A DNA stretch of 64,000 bases from an uncultured Gammaproteobacteria bacterium (lineage in GTDB: Bacteria; Patescibacteriota; Patescibacteriia; Magasanikbacterales; UBA922), in assembly GCA_964519725.1 (NCBI GenBank), contig CAZFKS010000002.1, forward strand, positions 49,325 through 113,324, written 5' to 3'. The notes under the pieces are model-generated. The model was not told the DNA's origin. It did no database searches and saw only the letters and a program-made list of their open reading frames with translations. Positions 28,751 through 38,261 of the stretch are shown here, piece after piece. Made by a program: the position numbers and the translations under genes. How positions within the stretch are numbered: the first letter of the stretch is position 1; each line of letters opens with the position of its first letter.

Positions 28751-29754
28751 AACTAAGTGTTCATTTGGTAGCCTGGAATGGCGCCAAATATATTCCACAT
28801 ATTTTTGCTTCACTGCGTAACCAAACAATTACCGATTGGGAACTGGTGGTTTTAGATAATGATTCCAAAGACAATACGGCCGAATTAATTGCGGCTGAGT
28901 TGCAAAATTGGTCTGGTCCAAAACGTTTTATTAAAAATCCAACTAATGTTGGTTTTGCCGGGGGACATAATCTTTTATACACGCAAACTAATAGTGAATA
29001 TTTTTTACTGCTTAATCAAGATTTTTATTTAGAGCCTGATTGTATTGAAAAATTGCTCGCGGAAATTGAGTCTAAACCTGGACTGGCCGTGGTTAGTCCG
29101 CGGCTGATGAAATGGGATTTTGCGAATCAGAAATTTACGAATATCATTGATTCTTTGGGTTTAAAAGTTTTTCGCAGTCGCCGGGTGGTGGAACTGGGTG
29201 GGGGAGAAGAGTGGAATGATAAGGATGAGAAAACCCTGTCAGTGTTTGGTGTGTCTGGGGCGGCGCCGTTATTTAGACGTTCAGCCATTGATGTGATTGC
29301 CTTTTCTAAAACGGATTTTTTTGATAATTCGTATGGTTCATACAAAGAGGACGTTGACTTGGCGTTCCGCTTGCAGACCGCTGGTTTTGCTGCCGAAACT
29401 GTATTGGGCGCAGTGATTTACCATGATCGTTCGGCTTCTGGTCCAGCTAAACTTTCTGACGCAGCCGCAGCGCAAAATAAGAAAACTCAGTCGTCATGGG
29501 TGCAATATCACAGTTATAAAAACCATCTCATGACCTTGTATAAAAACGAATACTGGCAAAATCTGACCCTTGATTTTCCCTTCATTTTGTGGTATGAATT
29601 AAAGAAGTTTCTTTGGTTTTTAATCTTTAAACCATCGGTTTTAAAGGGGCTTGGTGAGATCTGGCAGAACCGAAAAAGTTTGCGGGAGAAGCGACAGAAA
29701 ATTAAATCACTTCGAAAAAATACTTGGCAGCAGTTAAGACAATGGTGGAAATAA
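28747..29754 (+). CDS. Glycosyltransferase family 2
   Basis: LDNDS, GFAGGHN, LNQD, KEDVDLAFR. Confidence 0.9.
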   Translation: MKLSVHLVAWNGAKYIPHIFASLRNQTITDWELVVLDNDSKDNTAELIAAELQNWSGPKRFIKNPTNVGFAGGHNLLYTQTNSEYFLLLNQDFYLEPDCIEKLLAEIESKPGLAVVSPRLMKWDFANQKFTNIIDSLGLKVFRSRRVVELGGGEEWNDKDEKTLSVFGVSGAAPLFRRSAIDVIAFSKTDFFDNSYGSYKEDVDLAFRLQTAGFAAETVLGAVIYHDRSASGPAKLSDAAAAQNKKTQSSWVQYHSYKNHLMTLYKNEYWQNLTLDFPFILWYELKKFLWFLIFKPSVLKGLGEIWQNRKSLREKRQKIKSLRKNTWQQLRQWWK

Positions 29755-29755
29755 T

Positions 29756-30586
29756 ATGTACGATATCTCAATTGCGTTTGTAAATTTAATGATGAAAGAT
29801 GATATTGTAAAAGCAATTCGATCTTTGTGTGCGGATTTACAAGGTAGTTCAATCAAGTATTTAATTACAGTGGCTGATAATACGGAAAATAAAGATGGAA
29901 TTAAGGAAGCCTTGGCGACAGAATTCCCAGAAGTTGTGTATATTGATTGCGGTGGTAATATTGGTTTTGGGGCTGGCAATAACCGCGCGTTTAAAGCCAA
30001 TCAGGCACGGTATTATTTTGCAATTAACCGCGACACTGTTATTCCCGAGCATAGCCACACCGTGGAACGGATTGTAAAATTCATGGACGAACACCCATTT
30101 ATTGGGGCCATGGGGCCAAAGCTCGTCAATCTTGATGGTTCACTGCAATACTCCTGCTACCGGTTTGACTGGCCAGCGATTTTAATTAAGCCACTTAAAC
30201 AAATTAATTGGGATGAAAAATACCGTTGGGTGCGCAAATATACGGATTGGCTACTGATGAAAGATTTTGACCATAACTCCACCCGGCCCGTGGACTGGGT
30301 GCTTGGCGCGGCGCTCATTATTCGGCAGGAAGCGGTGGCTAAAATTGGTTGGTTTGACGAGCGTTATTTGGCCTATTTGGAAGACGCAGACTGGTGCCGG
30401 ACGCTTTGGGAAAATAATTGGCCAGTTTATTATGTTCATGATATTGTAATAGCACATGCCCATGCCCGGGCCTCGGCCAAAGTGCCAGGCATTGTGCGGG
30501 CACTGTGGAAAAATAAAACCGCGCGCATTCACTTGGCTAGCTGGCTCAAATACATTTGGAAATGGCGGGGTCGATACAAACTTTAA
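29756..30586 (+). CDS. Glycosyltransferase family 2
   Basis: GFGAGNN, INRD, LEDADWC. Confidence 0.9.
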   Translation: MYDISIAFVNLMMKDDIVKAIRSLCADLQGSSIKYLITVADNTENKDGIKEALATEFPEVVYIDCGGNIGFGAGNNRAFKANQARYYFAINRDTVIPEHSHTVERIVKFMDEHPFIGAMGPKLVNLDGSLQYSCYRFDWPAILIKPLKQINWDEKYRWVRKYTDWLLMKDFDHNSTRPVDWVLGAALIIRQEAVAKIGWFDERYLAYLEDADWCRTLWENNWPVYYVHDIVIAHAHARASAKVPGIVRALWKNKTARIHLASWLKYIWKWRGRYKL

Positions 30587-30598
30587 GGCGTTGAACTT

Positions 30599-31690
30599 AT
30601 GCAACCTAAAATCGCAATCATTTACTTGTCATTCCACTGTGAGCCATACATGGATGACATTGTGTCATCACTCAAAAAATTAACGTATCCGCGTGACCGG
30701 GTAGAATTTGTGATAGTTGATAATCCACACCCAACTCTCGGGCCATCAGTGAAATTTTTGGAAGAAACCGTCATGCCGCTGTCAGGCAAAGAAATTCCCC
30801 ATGTGACCCTATTACCACAAAGTGACAACATTGGTTTTGGACCTGGTAATAATGCGGGGGTTGATTGGGCCTTGGCCAATGGTTTTGATTACGTGTATTT
30901 CCACAATAATGACGGTTTCATGGCGGCCAATTGTTTGGAACCAATTGTTACGGCCATGGAAGCAGATAAGAAAATTGGAGCCGCGCAATCACTCATGTTA
31001 CTCCACCCTGAAACTGAATTAGTAAATAGTACGGGTAATGCCTACAATTATTTGGGCTTTGGTTTTTGTAATGATTACCGAGCTCCAATTGCTTCACTAA
31101 AATTACCAGCCGTTAAAGATGTTTGTTACACCAGTGGTGCCGCGCTCATGATGCGCGCGGATTTGATCCGCCAGTATGGTTCTTGGGATGATAGTTTTTG
31201 GATGTACCATGAAGATCTTGAGTGGTCATTCCGTCTCCGCTCAGTTGGTTACCGCAGCGTGATGGTGCGTGACTCTGTGTTTTATCACAAGTACCAATTT
31301 AGTCGGAGTATTTCTAAATTCTACTGGATGGAGCGCAACCGCTTTGCCGTTTTGCTCATGTATTTCAAGTGGCCGACTTTAATCGTATTATTCCCCATGC
31401 TCCTCGTCATGGAACTTGGTTTGATTTTATTTGCTTTAAAAGGTGGCTGGTGGAGCGAGCGTAAAAAAGTTTATGAGTACTGGTCAAAAATTGAAAACTG
31501 GAAGTTTTGGTTAAAAAAACGCGAGCACATTCAAGCAATTAAGAAAATTAAAGATAAAGAATTACTGGCTTTATCAGTCCCAGGTATTTATTTTCAAGAT
31601 AAAATGACTGATAACTGGGTTGTAAACAAAGTTGGTAATCCAATTTTAACCGTTTACTACTGGTTTGTTAGATTAATTGTTCGATGGTAA
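30599..31690 (+). CDS. Glycosyltransferase family 2
   Basis: IVDN, GFGPGNN, HNND, YHEDLEWSFR. Confidence 0.9.
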   Translation: MQPKIAIIYLSFHCEPYMDDIVSSLKKLTYPRDRVEFVIVDNPHPTLGPSVKFLEETVMPLSGKEIPHVTLLPQSDNIGFGPGNNAGVDWALANGFDYVYFHNNDGFMAANCLEPIVTAMEADKKIGAAQSLMLLHPETELVNSTGNAYNYLGFGFCNDYRAPIASLKLPAVKDVCYTSGAALMMRADLIRQYGSWDDSFWMYHEDLEWSFRLRSVGYRSVMVRDSVFYHKYQFSRSISKFYWMERNRFAVLLMYFKWPTLIVLFPMLLVMELGLILFALKGGWWSERKKVYEYWSKIENWKFWLKKREHIQAIKKIKDKELLALSVPGIYFQDKMTDNWVVNKVGNPILTVYYWFVRLIVRW

Positions 31691-31697
31691 AACAAAT

Positions 31698-32774
31698 ATG
31701 AAAATTAAAAAAGCCATTTTAACCGGTGGTGGTCGCGCAACTCGTTTGCAACCAATCACAACCACAATTAACAAGCATCTTTTACCCCTGGCTAATAAGC
31801 CAATGATTTTTCACGCGATTGAAAAAGCTGTGGCCGCTGGGGTCACGGAAATTTTCATAAATTTAAATCCCGGTGAAACTGAATTGCAAGAATACATTGG
31901 CGACGGTGGGCACTGGGGTATTAAAATTAAATTTTTTGAGCAGACTGGTGGACCGCAGGGGATTGCTCATGTAGTTAACGAAGCTAAAGATTTTATTGGC
32001 GACGAGCCATTCATGTTTTTTTTGTCAGACAATGTTTTACTCGGTGATTTGCAGCCACTCATGCAAGAATTCGAAGCGGGTAATTTTGATTGCATGCTCG
32101 CGTTGTCTCAAGTACCAGACCCAGAACGGTTTGGAATTCCGTATTTTGATGAGGCTGGAAATTTAATTGATGTGAAAGAAAAGCCAAGTAATCCACCAAA
32201 TAATTTGGCTGTGACTGGTATTTATTTGTATGGCCCAAAAGTATTTTTTGATACTTTCCAAAAAATTCAAAAATCAGCGCGCGGTGAATATGAGATTTCC
32301 AGTATTCACTCAGAATTTTTAAAGAACAAACAAAAAGTTGGGTACAAAGAAATTACTGGGTGGTGGAAAGACACTGGTAAATCCGAAGACCTACTCATTG
32401 CCAGTCAACTCCTGCTTGATCAAATGGAAGAGTCAACCATTCCAGCTGAATTGCAAGGGAAGTTTGCTTTAGACGGCAAAGCCAAGATTGGTATTGGTAC
32501 GAGTGTGGGTGAAAATGTAAAAATCATTGGTCCAGTAATTATTGGGGAAAATTGTACTTTGGAAAATTGTGTAATTGGTCCGCACGTTACCATTGCGCAA
32601 GGAAGTACGGTGAAAGGCGCCAAAATTAAAAACTCAATTATCTTGGATAATTGTACGATTGATTATAATCACGAAATCGTGAACAGTTTGATCGGAAAAA
32701 AAGTTACGCTCCGTCAACGACCAGAACGCTCAGCTTCAATGATTGTGGGCGATAAATCAATTGTTGAACTTTAG
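31698..32774 (+). CDS. Glucose-1-phosphate thymidylyltransferase, long form with left-handed beta-helix
   Basis: GGRATRLQPIT..NKHLLP, EKP, SARGEYEI, GWWKDTG, hexapeptide tail. Confidence 0.9.
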   Translation: MKIKKAILTGGGRATRLQPITTTINKHLLPLANKPMIFHAIEKAVAAGVTEIFINLNPGETELQEYIGDGGHWGIKIKFFEQTGGPQGIAHVVNEAKDFIGDEPFMFFLSDNVLLGDLQPLMQEFEAGNFDCMLALSQVPDPERFGIPYFDEAGNLIDVKEKPSNPPNNLAVTGIYLYGPKVFFDTFQKIQKSARGEYEISSIHSEFLKNKQKVGYKEITGWWKDTGKSEDLLIASQLLLDQMEESTIPAELQGKFALDGKAKIGIGTSVGENVKIIGPVIIGENCTLENCVIGPHVTIAQGSTVKGAKIKNSIILDNCTIDYNHEIVNSLIGKKVTLRQRPERSASMIVGDKSIVEL

Positions 32775-34084
32775 TAGGCGAGGGTAAATAAGCCAGTTTT
32801 ACCTTCTCGAGAACCGGCTACTACAATGAGCCGGTTTTCTTCGTCTGTGGTCAGGTCAGAAATTGCATCAAAGGTGGCTAGTTCTTGGCTGGCATAATAC
32901 CCTGGATTAAAAGCCATTAATTTATTGTTTTGCACAATTAGGAGAACACCGGCTGGTTCCAAGGCTTTCACAAAATCAATTGGTTCAGCACTGCGGTACA
33001 AAATCGCACGATCGCCACTGCCATCATACAAACTCGACACCTCCCATTTACTCCACAAACGCCATTCAGCGGTGGCGGCATGATATTCGTAGTGATCATA
33101 ATCACTCAGTGTGGCCACGTTTGGACTGGAGTAAAGCGCGTTCATGATCGCTAAATTGTACGGAGTTTTTAGAAGCGCGTAATTATTTTTTAAGGCCACA
33201 ATTGTTGTGACATTGTTTGGACTAGTGATAATCACTTGGTCATTGCCTTGACCACTAACAAGTGTGCTGGAAACACTTGACCAAACTTTTTCACTTGGGT
33301 CGACATACCACACACTAGATGAAACCGTAGTTAATTTTTTGGTGGAAAAATTAGTGTTTAAACTAACGACTGTGGTATTGTCGAGAGCATACAAGACTGG
33401 GTTACGCTCGTTTTCATTCCACTGCACCGTATTAGTTTTAATTTTAATGGTCCGTTGCTCGTTAGTACTAACATTCACCACATTTAAATTGTCTTTGTTT
33501 TCCCAAAATGCACAAAAAGTTTTGGTTTTGGCACAGGTCAAAGCGGCGTTAGCTGGAATTGGAAAAGTATGGACCTCATTATTTTTTACAGTCACCAAAT
33601 TAGTCGTGCTAGCGGTTTCAGCGAAACGGACACTGAGCGGATTAACCCCCACAATTCCAAGTTCACCAATTTTTCCAGTCGTGCTCGTTACAAACTGCGG
33701 AAAATTAATTGCAAACAAAGTGGTGTTCCTGATGTACGTGGTTTCGTGCGAACGCACAGTCACATCAGTCGAGAAAGTGTGGTAACCAGCTTTACTAATA
33801 CTGACCCGATAATTTCCTGGGGCCAAAGAACTGAGTCGGAGTGGTTGCTTGGTGCTGATTAGTTGGTTATTTAAATAAACCTCCGCATCATCTGGCTCGG
33901 TATCAACACTGAGCACGCCGGTGGCCTCCAATTGCCAGGTGGTAAAATTCCAACGCCAGCCCCCAGTGTAGAGGATAATAATCGGGGAAATGATAAAAAA
34001 AGCCAAAATTAGGCTGGTCATGATCATGACCCGCCAGGGTCGGGTCAGGGTGATTTTTAGGGGGTCAGCAGGGCGGACAGACAT
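32771..34084 (-). CDS. PEGA-domain membrane-anchored protein
   Basis: N-terminal TM, TEPDDAEVYLN, LAPGNYRVSISKAGY, beta-rich C-terminus. Confidence 0.82.
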   Translation of the reverse strand: MSVRPADPLKITLTRPWRVMIMTSLILAFFIISPIIILYTGGWRWNFTTWQLEATGVLSVDTEPDDAEVYLNNQLISTKQPLRLSSLAPGNYRVSISKAGYHTFSTDVTVRSHETTYIRNTTLFAINFPQFVTSTTGKIGELGIVGVNPLSVRFAETASTTNLVTVKNNEVHTFPIPANAALTCAKTKTFCAFWENKDNLNVVNVSTNEQRTIKIKTNTVQWNENERNPVLYALDNTTVVSLNTNFSTKKLTTVSSSVWYVDPSEKVWSSVSSTLVSGQGNDQVIITSPNNVTTIVALKNNYALLKTPYNLAIMNALYSSPNVATLSDYDHYEYHAATAEWRLWSKWEVSSLYDGSGDRAILYRSAEPIDFVKALEPAGVLLIVQNNKLMAFNPGYYASQELATFDAISDLTTDEENRLIVVAGSREGKTGLFTLAY

Positions 34085-34147
34085 AAAATTGCCAAAGAGG
34101 GCTAAATTGAGTATGATTATACTAGTTTTAAATTCTGTGTCTATACT

Positions 34148-35431
34148 ATGGCTAAATTGGTGATCGAAGGGGGTAAGGCCTTATCTGGGGAAATAGCCCC
34201 AATTGGTAATAAAAATGCAATTTTAAAAATGATGGCCGCAGCCTTGCTGACCCGCGCCACTGTGACTATTACTAATGTGCCGGCCATTAGTGACGTGGCC
34301 GTGATGGTCGCGCTCCTAGAAGATTTGGGGGCAGAAGTTCAATATAGTGTCAAAACTGGTACGCTCAAAATTACGGCCAAAACGATTCGTCATAACCAAC
34401 TGAAACCTGAATTGGCCAAAAAAATGCGCTCATCAAATGTGCTCATGGGCCCATTACTCGCGCGCACGGGCGCCGTCACAGCCCACCAACCTGGTGGTGA
34501 TAAAATTGGTCCGCGTGAAATGAACGCCCACTTTGATGGGCTCCGCCAATTAGGTGCTAAAATTAAATTAAATCCGGACACTTCGTTTACAGTCACTGGC
34601 AAATTAAAAGGCGCGCCAGTTTTTTTGTATGAACCAAGTGTTACAGCCACTGAAAATATTTTAATGGCCGCTGTGCTCGCCCCTGGCACTACGGTGATTG
34701 ATAATGCCGCGTCTGAACCGCACGTGGCGGCCCTGTCAGAAATGCTCATTAGTATGGGTGCCGATATTAGTGGAGTTGGTACCAATCAATTGCGCATTAC
34801 TGGAGTCAAAGAATTGCATGGCACTACCGTCGCCACGCCACCAGATTTTATTTACATTGGTACCATGATTGTTTTGGCTGTGATTACGGGTGGTTCAATT
34901 ACTATTAAACCAGTACCAAAAAATATCATGAAACCGCTGGAATATTTTTTTGCTAAACTGGGTGTGACTTGGACCTACAAGGGTGAGGCGCTGGTAGTTG
35001 GTAAAAAACAAAGTAAAACTGTGACTGATCAGGTGTGGGCACGAACCAAAGGCGTGTATTCACAGCCTTGGCCATGTTTCCCAAGTGACATGATGAGTAT
35101 GATGATTGTTTTGGCTACGCAAGTAAAAGGCTCAATGTTATTTTTTGAAAAAATGTATCCGGGCCGAATGTTGTTCCCAGATTTTTTAAATGGCATGGGT
35201 GCTAATATTGTGATTGCTGACCCACACCGGGTGGTGGTCAATGGGCCAACCCCGCTCAAAGCCGCGCATCTCTATGCCCCGGATTTACGGGCCGGAATGG
35301 CGTTTGTCGCGGCTGGTCTCGTCGCCAAAGGCACGACTGTGGTTGAAGCCGTTGAGCACATTGACCGTGGTTACCCAAGCATTGAAAAAACTTTATCTAA
35401 ACTTGGTGCATCAATAAAACGCATTGCCTAA
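34148..35431 (+). CDS. murA: UDP-N-acetylglucosamine 1-carboxyvinyltransferase
   Basis: KNAIL, PGGDKIGPR (Asp at the catalytic Cys position), SVTATEN, DLRAG, IDRGY. Confidence 0.93.
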   Translation: MAKLVIEGGKALSGEIAPIGNKNAILKMMAAALLTRATVTITNVPAISDVAVMVALLEDLGAEVQYSVKTGTLKITAKTIRHNQLKPELAKKMRSSNVLMGPLLARTGAVTAHQPGGDKIGPREMNAHFDGLRQLGAKIKLNPDTSFTVTGKLKGAPVFLYEPSVTATENILMAAVLAPGTTVIDNAASEPHVAALSEMLISMGADISGVGTNQLRITGVKELHGTTVATPPDFIYIGTMIVLAVITGGSITIKPVPKNIMKPLEYFFAKLGVTWTYKGEALVVGKKQSKTVTDQVWARTKGVYSQPWPCFPSDMMSMMIVLATQVKGSMLFFEKMYPGRMLFPDFLNGMGANIVIADPHRVVVNGPTPLKAAHLYAPDLRAGMAFVAAGLVAKGTTVVEAVEHIDRGYPSIEKTLSKLGASIKRIA

Positions 35432-35432
35432 T

Positions 35433-36692
35433 ATGTCAGTTCTTACTCCGCACAGTTCACCCCGCCGGCCAATCAAGGCGATTTTACTGGTATTAGTTGG
35501 TTTTGGACTAGGTTGGTGGTTGGCCACTTCTTACATTGTTCACAAACAAATTTTAGGTGATGGGCAAAAAGTGGATATTGCAAAAGTAATTAATTTGTAT
35601 AGTAAAACGCGGTCGTCAGAAGTGACCTTTGATCAATACTGGGATGTGTGGCGCAAAGTCAAAGAAAAATACGTTGGCCAACCAGTTGATGATGTTAAAT
35701 TATTTTACGGGTCAATTGAGGGCATGGTGAATGGGCTGGGTGACCCATATTCAGCCTATTTTCCACCAGCGGCCGCTGAAGAATTTGTCAAAGAATTGTC
35801 TGGCGCGTTTGAGGGGGTGGGGATGGAAGTGGGTATGCGCAAAGAACAAATCATTGTGGTCGCGCCAATTCCTGGTTCACCAGCCGAAAAAGCGGGTTTA
35901 CGACCTCAAGACGCAATTATTAAAATTGATGGTAAAGATACGTTTGGCCAATCTTTATCTGAAGCAGTGAGTAAAATTCGTGGACCAAAAGGGACGAGCG
36001 TAACTTTAACTGTGCTTCCAGTTGGTAAACAAGAAACCAAAGACGTGACGATTGAGCGGACCGCCCTGACTATTCCAAGTGTAACCTGGAAAAAACAAGA
36101 CGGTAATATTGCTTACATTCGAATTGGTTATTTTAATGATAAAACTAGTCAAGAATTTGATGCCGCGGTGCGTGACATCAAGCGCGACCTAACTCAACCA
36201 CGTGGGATTGTGCTGGATTTGCGTAGTAATCCGGGTGGTTTATTGGATCAATCCGTGTACATTGCGGGTGAATGGGTGGGCGATAAAGTGGTGGTGCGCG
36301 AACGCGCCGCTGATGGTACAACCAAAGACATTCGTGGTACTGGCACCGGCGTATTTGCTAATATTCCTACGGTAGTTTTGGTGGATGAAGGCACAGCCTC
36401 GGCCGCGGAAATTGTCTCTGGTGCTTTGCAAGATTACACCGCAGCCAAATTACTGGGCAAGAAAACCTTTGGTAAGGGTTCAGTCCAAGATGTTGAACCA
36501 CTACCAGATGGTTCAGCTTTGAAACTGACCATTGCCACCTGGCTTACCCCAAACAATCGTGAAATTAATGGTAAAGGAATTGAGCCAGATCAAACCATTG
36601 AAAAAATGTTCACGCCGACCGCTGATGCTTCTGGCGACACGGCCTTTGATGATGCGGGTCTAAAAGAAGCGCTTAAAATTTTACAAAAATAA
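35433..36692 (+). CDS. ctpA: Carboxyl-terminal processing protease (S41)
   Basis: GDPYS, PDZ, LDLRSNPGG, TASAAEI, TFGKGSVQ. Confidence 0.92.
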   Translation: MSVLTPHSSPRRPIKAILLVLVGFGLGWWLATSYIVHKQILGDGQKVDIAKVINLYSKTRSSEVTFDQYWDVWRKVKEKYVGQPVDDVKLFYGSIEGMVNGLGDPYSAYFPPAAAEEFVKELSGAFEGVGMEVGMRKEQIIVVAPIPGSPAEKAGLRPQDAIIKIDGKDTFGQSLSEAVSKIRGPKGTSVTLTVLPVGKQETKDVTIERTALTIPSVTWKKQDGNIAYIRIGYFNDKTSQEFDAAVRDIKRDLTQPRGIVLDLRSNPGGLLDQSVYIAGEWVGDKVVVRERAADGTTKDIRGTGTGVFANIPTVVLVDEGTASAAEIVSGALQDYTAAKLLGKKTFGKGSVQDVEPLPDGSALKLTIATWLTPNNREINGKGIEPDQTIEKMFTPTADASGDTAFDDAGLKEALKILQK

Positions 36693-36693
36693 T

Positions 36694-37047
36694 ATGATCT
36701 GTGGCACTGTGGTCCACGGGGATGGAAAAGGAAAGGGCTTGGGTTACCCGACCGCTAACATTGATGTCCCAGTGGCGAGTACAAAATTAAAACCAGGGGT
36801 GTACGCAGCAACAGCGAACTTAAATAATGAAACGTATTCAGCCGCGCTGGTAATCCATGAATTCTGGGATAAAATTGAGGTGTATTTTTTGGAATACCGT
36901 GGCACGGATTTTTACGGATCAGAAATTACAGTGGATGCCATTCAGCGGGTGAGTGGTTTGGAGCGCCTCGATACTGATGAAGAATTAAAAGAAAAAATTG
37001 CCAGTGATGTAGAACTGGTGAAGCGCTACTTTGCTGAGAAAAAATAA
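36694..37047 (+). CDS. Riboflavin kinase (stand-alone RibF C-terminal domain)
   Basis: GTVVHGDGKG..LGYPTAN, GVYA. Confidence 0.85.
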   Translation: MICGTVVHGDGKGKGLGYPTANIDVPVASTKLKPGVYAATANLNNETYSAALVIHEFWDKIEVYFLEYRGTDFYGSEITVDAIQRVSGLERLDTDEELKEKIASDVELVKRYFAEKK

Positions 37048-37048
37048 T

Positions 37049-37633
37049 ATGTTTACTGGAATCGTGAAAGGGGTAGGTGTGATTGCTGATGTCGTGACGG
37101 TGCAGCGCAGAAAATATTTGGTGTTACAACCACTCGCAATTTTACGGCGCATTGATTTAGGTGGAAGTGTGGCGTTTAATGGCACTTGTTTGACGCTCGC
37201 CAAAAAAACTAAAACTGGTCTCTGGTTTGAAGTCATGCCTGAAACATTTCGCAAAACTAATTTGGGGAATTTAAAAAAGGGGAGTGTCGTAAATATTGAA
37301 CCAGCTTTAAGATTTGGTGATGAGTTGGGCGGACATTTAGTGCAAGGACATGTTGATGGGGTAGGAAAAATTACCAAAGTGACACCGGATAAAGCGAATG
37401 TGCTGGTCAGTGTGGCCTTACCAAAAGAATTAAGCAAGCAAGTCGTTTTGCACGGTTCAATTACCCTTGATGGAATTAGTTTAACTGTAGCCCGATTAGA
37501 TAAAAATATTGTGACTGTATCATTAATCGCAGAAACCTTAGCGCGGACAACCTGGAGAAAAGTAGCGGTTGGTCAAGCGGTAAATATTGAACTAGATGTC
37601 ATTGCTAAGTACGTCAAAAATTTCTTACGCTAA
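37049..37633 (+). CDS. ribE: Riboflavin synthase
   Basis: MFTGIV, NGTCLT, GGHLVQGHVD, DGISLT, VNIELD. Confidence 0.93.
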   Translation: MFTGIVKGVGVIADVVTVQRRKYLVLQPLAILRRIDLGGSVAFNGTCLTLAKKTKTGLWFEVMPETFRKTNLGNLKKGSVVNIEPALRFGDELGGHLVQGHVDGVGKITKVTPDKANVLVSVALPKELSKQVVLHGSITLDGISLTVARLDKNIVTVSLIAETLARTTWRKVAVGQAVNIELDVIAKYVKNFLR

Positions 37634-37634
37634 T

Positions 37635-38099
37635 ATGTTTTCCAAAAAAATTTCTTTTCCCAAATTTAATGGGCAAAAATTAAAAATTGGTCTGGTGGTG
37701 GGACGTTGGAATGCGGATATTACCGAGTCATTGCTCGCTGGGGCGCTAAAAGCTCTAACTGAAGCCAAGGTGTCAAAGAAAAATATTACCGTGGTCCATG
37801 TACCTGGGGCGTTTGAATTAGCACTGGGTGCACAGCGCTTATTTAAAAATAAAAAAGTTGATGCGGTAATTGCCCTTGGTTGTTTGTATAAAGGGGAAAC
37901 TCTACACTTTGAATATGTGACTGAGGCCACGGCCCAAGGTTTAATGCGGGTTAGTCTGGATGCTGGTAAACCAGTGGTGTTTGGGGTTTTGCCATGTTTA
38001 AATGAAAAACAGGCCATTGTCCGCTCCACTGGAGAAAATAATCATGGTTATGGTTGGGGTCTGACGGCCGTGGAAATGGCCTTATCGTCAAAAAAATAA
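37635..38099 (+). CDS. ribH: 6,7-dimethyl-8-ribityllumazine synthase
   Basis: VPGAFEL, ALGC..KGETLHFEYV, PVVFGVL. Confidence 0.94.
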   Translation: MFSKKISFPKFNGQKLKIGLVVGRWNADITESLLAGALKALTEAKVSKKNITVVHVPGAFELALGAQRLFKNKKVDAVIALGCLYKGETLHFEYVTEATAQGLMRVSLDAGKPVVFGVLPCLNEKQAIVRSTGENNHGYGWGLTAVEMALSSKK

Positions 38100-38104
38100 T
38101 TTAT

Positions 38105-38229
38105 ATGCTTGAACTTGTGGCAAGCGCCAAGTTCCATTTCTGGTGCACTCAACTGACCCAGATAATGTAGTTATGATGTACGAAAGTCTCGACATTATCA
38201 AATATCTAGAAGAACATTACGCTAAATAA
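38105..38229 (+). pseudogene. Glutaredoxin/GST-N family remnant with internal deletion and frameshift
   Basis: MLEL joined out of frame to GKRQVPFLV...MMYESLDIIKYLEEHYAK*; CxxC region absent. Confidence 0.65.
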
Positions 38230-38230
38230 T

Positions 38231-38259
38231 AAAAAATCCGCCAACTGGCGGATTTTTTT
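38231..38259. terminator. Bidirectional terminator AAAAAATCCGCC-AACT-GGCGGATTTTTT
   Basis: Perfect stem between convergent genes. Confidence 0.78.
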
Positions 38260-38261
38260 AA

